A DNA stretch of 63,081 nucleotides, the filler included, from Octopus bimaculoides (taxonomy: Eukaryota): assembly GCF_001194135.2 (NCBI RefSeq). It is 4 parts of 4 records of this genome, joined end to end, with 100 filler letters (N's around TTAATTAATTAA, not from the genome) between each part and the next. Parts side by side here need not be neighbours in the genome. Positions count along the whole stretch, not along the records: positions 43,528 to 63,081 come from NC_068996.1; 3 more parts are not named here. One strand, 5' to 3'. Position numbers and translations under genes: made by a program. Shown here piece after piece: positions 53,830 to 63,081 of the stretch. The notes below the pieces were generated by a model. That model was not told the DNA's origin and did no database searches. It saw only the letters and a program-made list of their open reading frames with translations. Every line of letters begins with the position of its first letter. Position 1 is the stretch's first letter.

Positions 53830-54810
53830 TTTCCTATTTAGTACTGGGGATGTTTCATTTATAAGGATGTACTCTTGTAGTTGTCTGAGTGTTGGGTTCT
53901 TCGAGTGCTTGGATAAAATGCGGATGTCAAGATGATTCAGGTTGCCTCCATGTTGGTCCTTGGCATGTTGGTCCTTGGCATGTTGGTCCTTGGCATGTTG
54001 GTCCTTGGCATGTTGGTCTTTGGCATGTTGGTAGAGTATGGAGGACTGTTTTTTGTTATCATATTGTCTCCTAGATGTCTCCCCTGTATATGTCTTGTTC
54101 ATGTCTTTACAAGCACTTTCTATGCATCTGATGCTGTAGAATACATTTCTAGTTCTACACTTAATGCCAGGGCTAATCCTACATACCATGCAGTTATCAT
54201 TGCTGCATATGATATTCTCATAGTTGTGATCTGGTGGAGTTCCCTGGCTTCTCAACGATCTTAATCTTAACGGGTTAGTTCTCCATGGGCTGTGCCGCCA
54301 CCACAAACATCACTCCTTGATATTTGTCGGCCGTGTACCACATGTTCACTCTGTTTGCTTTGTCACAAACTCTTTGTATTCTATTCCAGTCTTTACTTCT
54401 GTATCTAGGGCAGGTACCACTGGTTTCATTACATATAATGCTATCTAACTTCTTTCCAGCTCCCCTGTATACCATAACTCCATCTTTCTGGTTATATCCA
54501 GAGAATTGCATGTGGTACATGAAGTTCTGTACATGTTTACTTCTTTCATAGGGTTTGCATAGTGGGGACACGTTGTTTATTATCCTACGTGTGTTATCAA
54601 TCTGTTGATTTCATGTTGTATGACAAAGCTAAGTTCTTGTGAACAACATATTTAGAAGCTATAGGTTTCATGTAATAGGAATGGAGGAGCTGTATTCTGT
54701 TGTTCACAGTCTCTGACCGAAGTTCAGTCTTGAGGGCGGGGAGTCTATTGTTGAGGTGCCCAGTGATACTTTGGTGGATGGCGTTAGCTATATGATGGAT
54801 GCTCTCCATT
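53830..54810 (-). mobile_element. Penelope-like element C-terminus (RT thumb plus GIY-YIG endonuclease)
   Basis: HSYYMKPIASKYVVHK, YRSKDW, NVFYSIRC...YTGETSR, RQLQEYILI...PVLNRK. Confidence 0.85.
53949..54031. repeat. 5.5 x 15-bp in-frame repeat (AKDQH)n
   Basis: catgttggtccttgg units. Confidence 0.95.
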
Positions 54811-55137
54811 ATGTTAACTCGGTTTCTACATTACTACTACTAGAAAATGGTAGCTACCAAAACTTGTTTTTTGATAACGTAAGAATGATCAAACTTTAAA
54901 CAACTGCAAAAGTTTTCTGAAATTTTTATGGATTAAATGAATCACAAACTCAGATTCATCGTGAAAATGTACATCAATATACCAGATTTGAAAATTTCCA
55001 CTTAATTTTAAAATTTCAAAATCTCTGACAGTTACGGAAAAAATCACCTCTCCATATTTGTGTCTCTGTCTTTTACGCTTTTCTTATTGTAAACTTTCCC
55101 CTCTGTATATATATTCACTGCACTATTTCTCACTCGT

Positions 55138-55512
55138 GGAGGCGCAATGGCCCAGTGGTTAGGGCAGCGGACTTGCGGTCATAGGATCGCGGTTTCGATT
55201 CCTAGACCAGGCGTTGTGAGTGTTTATTGAGCGAAAACACCTAAAACGAGGCTCCAGCAGGGGATGATGGCGAACCCTACTGTACTGTTTCACAACAACT
55301 TTCTCTCACTCTTTCTTTCTGTTTCTGTTGTACCTGTAATTCAAAGAGTCAGCCTTGTTACACTGTGTCACGCTGAATATCCCTGAGAACTACGTTAAGG
55401 GTACACGTGTCTGTGGAGTGCTCAGCCACTTGCACGTTAATTTCACGAGCAGGCTGTTCCGTTGATCGGATCAACTGGAACCCTCGACGTCGTAAGCGAC
55501 GGAGTGCCAACA
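55138..55512 (+). mobile_element. Full-length tRNA-derived SINE family C
   Basis: A box tggcccagtgg, B box ggtttcgattcc, body shared with 3397 and 52394. Confidence 0.9.
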
Positions 55513-55612
55513 ATATATTTGTCACTCATTTTCTGCATGTGTATACCACTCACGCTGAGTGTGTGTGTGTGTCAGTGTTTGTGTGTGTATATGTCAGTGT
55601 GTGTGTGTGTCT

Positions 55613-55712
<100 letters not shown>

Positions 55713-55842
55713 GTGTGCGTGCGCGTGCAAATTGCATTGGGGCGTCAGAACCTTCGCAGCATGATCTCAGAAGACACCCAAGCAAAGATTGTGTCGATTA
55801 GATTATAAACGCACAACAGCCTCCGTAGTACAAACACAACAA

Positions 55843-56155
55843 CAATTTTTAGTGACCCTTAGTCTTACCATGACCATAAAAAAACCGCAAGGGCAGACAT
55901 TTTCGGTTGCTGGTTTACACTTTGAAGAGGCCTACTTCACTTATATTCAGCTTTATATTGGATGTTGAAGAGTAGGCGGCAAGAAAACCTTTACCTCTAT
56001 GCACCAAATGGAAAAAGAAAAGAAACTTAAAAAAGAACTTTGTTATCGAAACGTTTTAAATTGTCCCAAAATAATTCAAAAATCCGTCCAGGTAAAAAAT
56101 AAAAAAATTGACTTTTTATTCTGAAAATTTCCCTACAACGGGGGTTCTCAGTTAG
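55843..56155 (+). mobile_element. Helitron 3' end (PIF1-like helicase C-terminus)
   Basis: QFLVTLSLTMTIKKPQGQTFSVAGL...QLYIGC*RVG corresponds to FAMTINKSQGQT...QLYVxxSRV; ends with a decayed hairpin and TTAG|t (CTAG variant). Confidence 0.8.
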
Positions 56156-56348
56156 TATGTATGTATGTATATATGTATGTATGCATGTTTTATGTATGTA
56201 TGTATGTATATACGTATGTTTGTATGTTTGTATGTATGTATGTATGTATATATGTGTGTGTATGTATATGTGTATGTATGTGTGTGTACGTATGTATATA
56301 TGTATGAATGTATGTATGTGAACATATGCATATAGATATATACATACA

Positions 56349-56385
<37 letters not shown>

Positions 56386-56458
56386 NNNNNNNNNNATTCA
56401 CTGTATGTGCATTTGTGAGTACTTTTAATTTTGCTTTTTATGCTTCCGTTATTAAATA

Positions 56459-57701
56459 CAGGCTGCGTAAGATATCTAAGGACAGATCTATGTTTATAAA
56501 AAAAAACAAATATATTATAACAGATAACTTTATTTATCAAAAAATGCAATGAGGATATAAATGAAACTTTTCTATAATATTATTCAATAAAGCCACCTTC
56601 AGCTTCAAAAACTACTTCTATATGAGATCTAAATCATCTACATGCTCGAATCAAGTGGTCCTGGTTCATGTTGGACATTACTCTGACTATGGCTGCTTTC
56701 AAAGAATCTTTAGTGTTATGGCCGTGTTCATTGACCTCTCTCTCTCAACAATGCTCCACATGTAATAATCCAATGGATTGAGATCTGAGGGAATTAGGAG
56801 GCCAAATGTTAGGGGTTATGTGATCATGAGAGTTTTCAGCCATCCATTCCTGTGTTACTAGAGCAGAGTCTTACTGAAACACATATGACTTTTCATTGCA
56901 TACACAATCTATCCAGGGCTGAGTTATTTCCAGGACCTCAATGTAGGCATTAGAGTTAACTCTAAGGCCTTGTGGAAAGAAGTAAGGATGCATCACATGT
57001 CCTTTATTGCTGATAATCCCTAAAACCATGAGAGTTGCAGGAAATTTTGTATGCATAACATTTGGAACTTCAGAAGAGTCTGCACATAACCATCTGTCAT
57101 TTCTTTTGATAAGTTTTCGATCTTGATCGAAGTTTTTCTCGTTTGAGAAAAATTAAATCAAATCTTCTACTGAGTTTTTCAGTTTGTTTTAGAGCCTTTT
57201 AGATCTGATGTAGTGATTTTCTTTTGCTTTTTCTGACACATTGCCCTCTCCTTATCATATAAGACTTATATCTAATGTCTTCGTGTACAACATTTCTAAC
57301 TGTTCCTTCTGACACATGGAGATCTTTTGCAATTGACCTCATGGACATTCTGGGATTGTAATCAATCGTCTGTTGAACTTGTTGGATGAATTCAAGTGTT
57401 CTGATGATTTCAGAGTGTTTAGAATGCTTTTTATGCTTTGATACTGGTGATACGTTTCCATATGCAGTCTCTAACTCCTTACAAACTTTGTAGACGAAAG
57501 ATCTGGCAACTTTTAAAAATTGAAATATTTCTCAATCGTTATTCTCAGCCTTTATAACCACAATAACAGCATACCACTTCATTTCTTGAGTAAGTTGAGG
57601 GTTTGCTATTATTATTTTCTGAAACAAAGATTATACAGAATTAGTAAAAGATGCAACAATGACCCCAAAACGGTACGCCCACTAATACCTTACGCACCCT
57701 G
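56459..57701 (-). mobile_element. Full-length maT (DD37D)-type transposon, degraded transposase
   Basis: TA-flanked TIRs caggctgcgtaagatat / rc cagggtgcgtaaggtat; LTQEMK..., HTKFPATLMVLG, YVFQ*DSA, SPDLNP. Confidence 0.88.
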
Positions 57702-57746
57702 TATATACTAACACATATATGCGGATAAGTGTGCGTGTGTATGCGT

Positions 57747-57799
<53 letters not shown>

Positions 57800-58009
57800 G
57801 GTGGTGGTGGTGGTGGTATAGTGGTGATGATGATGGGGAGGATGAGGAAGAACAAGACGTTGAGAGTAGTAGTTTGGTTGACCCCGTTATTATTGTCACG
57901 TGATTGAGAGGTTCAGTTATTATCTACGTTGCTATTGTAATATTGCGTACTCGCACGGTAGAAAATCTATGAATCTATAGGACCACCCAATCGTACGTTC
58001 GTGTTCGTA

Positions 58010-58230
58010 TTTGTGTTTGTGTCTGTGTTCTTCCCCACCATTGCTTGACAACAGATGTTGGTGTGTTTACGTCCACGTAACATTAGCGGTTCGACAAAAA
58101 AGATTGATGCAATAAGTACTTGGCTTACAAAGAATAAATTTTGGAGTCAATTTCTTCAACTAAAACCCTTGAAGGTGGTGCTCCAGCATGGCCGCAGTCA
58201 AATGACTGAAACAAGTATAAGAATAGAAGA
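58010..58230 (+). mobile_element. SINE family B 3' tail
   Basis: Matches 1580-1768; further tails at 58385-58500 and 61480-61660. Confidence 0.7.
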
Positions 58231-58514
58231 ATATAAATACACACACAGACACACACACAAACACAACACTCCCACACATATATAATAGAATGAGAGAGAA
58301 AGAGATAGAGAGAAAGATATGTGTGTGTGTCAGTGACTGTTTTACTTTTTCTTAGTGACTGTCCCCCCAGAGCATGACAACAATTACAGGATTATTTACG
58401 TCTCCGTAACTTAGCGGTTCGGCAAAATAAATGATTGTATAATATTTGTTCGACCAAAACGCTTTATCTTAGCGACGCAGCAGTCCAGTGACTGAAGTAA
58501 GATGAACATTGAAA

Positions 58515-58559
<45 letters not shown>

Positions 58560-58824
58560 TTGGATGTAGACATACAATAAGCATATGATTAGACATTCAG
58601 GCATATATACGGTTACAAGTATATCCGTTAATAAATATTCACACGCACGAAAGCATACAGCATACACATAGATAANNNNNNNNNNNNNNNNNNNNNNNNN
58701 NNNNNNNNNNNNNNNNNNNNNNNNNNNNNNNNNNNNNNNNNNNNNNNNNNNNNNNNNNNNNNNNNNNNNNNNNNNNNNNNNNNNNNNNNNNNNNNNNNNN
58801 NNNNNNNATATGTATATATACATA

Positions 58825-59685
58825 CAAGGTGTTCCAAAAGTCACTATAAATTTTCTTTATTCTATTTCGTTTCAGGTATCATTCGGAGAAACGTGTGGCC
58901 ATCAGCATATGACACCGTAGACTTTGCAGCTTTTGTAAGTGTAGCATTTCCTTGCCCATGGCAAACCATACCATCAGCTTCGGAGAGTCTCGTTCATGTT
59001 CGAGAAATTCAGCCGGTTTTGATTTTCCCCAAATTCGACAATTGTGTCGGTTTACCCGACCAGAGAGACGAAAGATAAACTTATCACTGAACCATATGTT
59101 TTCCAAGAACTGAAAGTCGTTTTGGTTATGGTGGTAGAGTCATTCACACATTTCCAGATGGGCATCATAATCTTGAAGCCTTTGAACAACATGAAGTCAG
59201 TACGGGTGAAGCTTTATCACTCTCCGAAGCATCCGCTGAATCAAGCTTTTGTTGATGCTAAGTTTCAGTGCAACCCCCGGATGGACTTTACCTGGCTTTT
59301 CGCGAACGCCTGTTTTAGGAGTTCGGTGTTTTCATCAGTAGTGGTAATAGCGGACCTTCTGTTGCGTGGTTTGTGAAGAACAGATCCTGCTTGGAGAAAC
59401 TTGCTATGGTTAGCATAAATTGTGCTAGGGGTCGGAGCAGTGTGACGAGCATAAACCATCTCAAATTTGCGATGAAGTGCAGAAGGGGACTGAAAAACTT
59501 CTTGCCAGGCGGCAAAATTGCAACGTTGCTCCAACGTCAATTGGCGAGCCATGAGTAAGGGAATGATACAGTTACAAAAACTGCAAAGTCTAAGGTGTCA
59601 AAGACTGAAGGCCTGACATCTCTCCGAATGTTACCTGAAACGAAATAGAGAAAATAAAGTGTATAGTGACTTTTGGGACACTCTA
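58825..59685 (-). mobile_element. Internally deleted Tc1/mariner element with about 54-bp TIRs
   Basis: TA-flanked TIRs sharing ccaaaagtcactata...ctatttcgtttcaggta; MARQLTLEQR HTH region and FSDKFIFRLSGRVNRHNCRIWG; C-terminal catalytic part missing. Confidence 0.88.
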
Positions 59686-59699
59686 TATAAATGTAACCA

Positions 59700-59910
59700 C
59701 ATGTGAATCGTTGGCGATTTTTCCCTCCGTCTTCTTTTTCTCTTGGATTTTCCTCTGTCTCCTGTTTCTGAAGAAGAGCTTTGCCCGAAACGTAAAACCA
59801 CCTTTCTCTCATTCCTGAGCGCCTTCTAATACTTCGCATGTACCACGTCCTCGCGTTGGTATGTTTTCTTGTGTTCGTTCTCCGTTCTCTTTTCGTGGGG
59901 GATTTACTAT
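59700..59910 (+). mobile_element. Penelope-type terminal repeat
   Basis: Same architecture as 44521-44690 (pyrimidine tract, hammerhead motif, ttcctgagcg). Confidence 0.6.
59764..59798 (+). ncRNA. Minimal type I hammerhead ribozyme motif
   Basis: gttt-CTGAAGA-a-GAGC-ttt-GCCC-GAAA-C-GTA-aaac: core intact, stem I gttt/aaac, one stem II mismatch. Confidence 0.6.
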
Positions 59911-60550
59911 ATTCATACACACACACACACACACANNNNNNNNNNNNNNNNNNNNNNNNNNNNNNNNNNNNNNNNNNNNNNNNNNNNNNNNNNNNNNNNN
60001 NNNNNNNNNNNNNNNNNNNNNNNNNNNNNNNNNNNNNNNNNNNNNNNNNNNNNNNNNNNNNNNNNNNNNNNNNNNNNNNNNNNNNNNNNNNNNNNNNNNN
60101 NNNNNNNNNNNNNNNNNNNNNNNNNNNNNNNNNNNNNNNNNNNNNNNNNNNNNNNNNNNNNNNNNNNNNNNNNNNNNNNNNNNNNNNNNNNNNNNNNNNN
60201 NNNNNNNNNNNNNNNNNNNNNNNNNNNNNNNNNNNNNNNNNNNNNNNNNNNNNNNNNNNNNNNNNNNNNNNNNNNNNNNNNNNNNNNNNNNNNNNNNNNN
60301 NNNNNNNNNNNNNNNNNNNNNNNNNNNNNNNNNNNNNNNNNNNNNNNNNNNNNNNNNNNNNNNNNNNNNNNNNNNNNNNNNNNNNNNNNNNNNNNNNNNN
60401 NNNNNNNNNNNNNNNNNNNNNNNNNNNNNNNNNNNNNNNNNNNNNNNNNNNNNNNNNNNNNNNNNNNNNNNNNNNNNNNNNNNNNNNNNNNNNNNNNNNN
60501 NNNNNNNNNNNNNNNNNNNNNNNNNNNNNNATATATATATTTATTTATTA

Positions 60551-61426
60551 CAGGTTGCAGTGAATGAATTGTCGTCTGAATTACGCAAATATGAAAATAA
60601 CACCGACATCTCATTTGAAGGGATATATTTACCGAAGTTGCATAAAAATATCTTGAAATACTAAAGAGTAACTTCATTCAATAAAAATGCCATTGGCTTC
60701 AACCACAGTCTCCAGACGACATCGGAATCTCCTGTAATTCTGGGAGATCTCCTTGTTTAAGTTTGTGAATGCCATCATCCTTACCTTCTGTTCATCTTTG
60801 GTGTTACAAGAAGTTTTGTTGGTCTCTCGTTCAACTGTGCCCCACACATAGTAATTTAGGGGGTTGCAGTCTGGGGAGTTAGGTAGCCAAATGTTAGGGG
60901 TGATGTGGTCGCAGAAATTGTCTGACAGCCAAGGCTGGGTTCTCCTGCTTGTGTGACATAGTGGAGAGTCCTGCTGGCAGACATATGGTCTTCCAGCAGA
61001 CACCATTTTGACCCAGGGAAGCCCTACCGCCACCAGGAACTTGATGTAGGCCTCCATGTTGAGTCTGAGGCCGTGTGGGAAGATGAGTGTAGGCATAACA
61101 TCGCCATCACTAGTGATCACTCCAAACACCATGATGTTGACTGGATGTTTGATTTTTATCACTGTCGGTAAATATTTTGGGGTCACACCAAACATTCAGA
61201 TTGACAACACTCTGAAATGTTCGTATGTTTCCGGTGTGAATGCCAAGCAGTACAGCATGTCGTTTCTAAATGTCTGGCAGACTGAATTGTGTCATGGCGC
61301 TGCTTTTCTTACAGACGGTGTCCAACTGACTCTACTATACTGCGTAGTCGACAAAATCAAAGACAAACAATGCGAATGCACGAAATTGAAAATATAAAAT
61401 GGCGAGAATTTATCTATCGCAGTCTG
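60551..61426 (-). mobile_element. Internally deleted maT (DD37D)-type transposon
   Basis: TA-flanked TIRs caggttgcagtgaatgaattgtcgtc / rc cagactgcgatagataaattctcgcc. ORF 60674-61195 has QQDS then exactly 37 residues to the third catalytic position (N here). Confidence 0.9.
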
Positions 61427-62231
61427 TATATGTGTGTATGTGTGAGTGTGTGAGTGTGTGAGTGTGTGTCTTTGTGTCTGTGTCCGTCATCACCACTTTG
61501 ACAATCGAAACTGGCGTATTTACATCGCCATAATATAGCGGTTCGGCAAAAGACATTAGAATAAGTACAAGGCTTAGAAAAATAAGTACTTGGGTTGATT
61601 CATTTATTAAAAATTCTTCGAGATAGTGCCCTAACTTGGACTCAGTCTAATGACAGAAAGAAGTATTGAATAATATATATATATATATATATTGATAGAT
61701 AGACAGATAGAGATATAGTTAGATAGACAGATATAGATATAGATAGATAAACGAGAGGTAGATACTCACACATACATACACATACGCAAGCACACAGACA
61801 TTATAATAATAAATGTTAAAACGAATTTCCGTGTGTCAGTGTCTCACACTTTTACCCTCGCCTCTCTCACTATTCAGTGACACTTCAACAATTCCTCATG
61901 TTGGGTGAGAGTAATAGAGACGGGGATGGTGGTAGTAGATAGACGGTTGTGATGGTAATGCGGTGATAGTAATAGTATGAGCTGTAGTTGTGATAGAGGC
62001 GGAAGTGACGACGATGATGGTGGTGGTGGTGGTGTTGGTAGCCGAGAAGGTCAGGCATGACCGTAATAGTGAGCGATGTGAAAGACAGTGGTGATGGTGG
62101 TGGGAGGAAGGCAGTGAATCAAAAGTATTGAGGGTGGTGGCGTCAGAAGTCTGAATGGTTTTGCGTATGACAGTTGTGGTGGCGATGGTGGTGGTACTGG
62201 TAATGGTGATAGTTGAAAACAATCAACAGAA

Positions 62232-62304
<73 letters not shown>

Positions 62305-62719
62305 GAGAGAGAGAGTGTGAGAAGCTAGACACAAAAAATTGTACTGACTCCGAATGGGAAGACAAAAAATGTTGTTTATCATGAAGATTTGTAATAAGTT
62401 CCAAGTCGACAAATTATAGCATTGTTTTGATGAAAATTGTTCATTGCTTGAAAAATATTGGTCAAGTTTAATAAAATTTAATATGCACTCAATGCATGAA
62501 GTGTCATTATTGGGCTCAAGGCTCAATGAAGAACCCTCCACATAAGCTAGGTTAACAGCCATCCGACAGGACGTCTTTTAAGCTAGTACGTATATATATA
62601 CATGTAAGTATACATTTGTGTGTGCACGTCAGAGTTTGTCAACCAGCCACGCTTCGCAACCGGCTGGTTTACATCCCTGCTACTTAAAGGTTCGACAAAG
62701 AAGATAGAAAGCATAAGCT

Positions 62720-62938
62720 CTGTATATTTGGTGTGAATTTGCTTCAGCTTTATATTACATTACATTACATTAATCCTATTTCGGCCAGAGTTCTTTCGTC
62801 ACACTTCTGTGACCTCATCAGGGGTCCTTTGCTTTCTTCTTTCTTATGTGTGTCTCACCTTGCTAACTATCAGCCATTATAGGATTAATGTAATATAATG
62901 TAATATAAAGCTGAAGCAAATTAACACCAAATATACAG
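62720..62938. repeat. 60-bp inverted repeat enclosing a hammerhead-core-bearing spacer
   Basis: Arms 62720-62779 and 62879-62938 match at 58/60; minus-strand spacer contains CTGATGA-g-GTCACA-gaag-TGTGAC-GAAA. Confidence 0.9.
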
Positions 62939-63081
62939 TGCGTGTGTTTTTATTGGCTAAACTGGCAATATGACCATCCCCAAGTACAACAACATCTGTA
63001 TCAACACACGATTTCACATCAAAAATCTTGCAAAACAAATATATATATACATACATATATATATATATATATACACATATA

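Noticed and set aside
55138-55215. Possible tRNA gene
   Set aside because: The tRNA-like head continues into a multicopy SINE body.

Overview
Eukaryotic, AT-rich DNA, roughly a tenth Ns, saturated with (CA)n, (TA)n, (GA)n, (TAGA)n and trinucleotide repeats. The SINE families and repeat landscape look like an octopus draft assembly (inference from recalled repeat families, not searched). I recognise no intact host protein-coding gene, rRNA, true tRNA or CRISPR array, and almost all long ORFs in the track are microsatellite or gap artefacts. What the sequence supports is a graveyard of mobile elements: many tRNA-derived SINEs; a near-full-length mariner; three maT (DD37D)-type and two other Tc1/mariner derivatives; a Chapaev3 element with both termini; two Helitron pieces; Penelope-like RT and GIY-YIG pieces and termini; R4-like, Hero-like and CR1/L2-like LINE fragments; and a Gypsy LTR-gag relic. 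I found no clearly novel system. The best leads are: (1) hammerhead-ribozyme motifs in Penelope termini, one boxed inside a 60-bp inverted repeat; (2) a 275-bp tandem duplication whose copies differ mainly at synonymous sites, suggesting an unidentified duplicated protein domain; (3) a decayed reading frame with a 48-bp/16-aa repeat; (4) an ETS-motif CpG island with candidate downstream exons. Element boundaries are hand-read and approximate unless termini are quoted.
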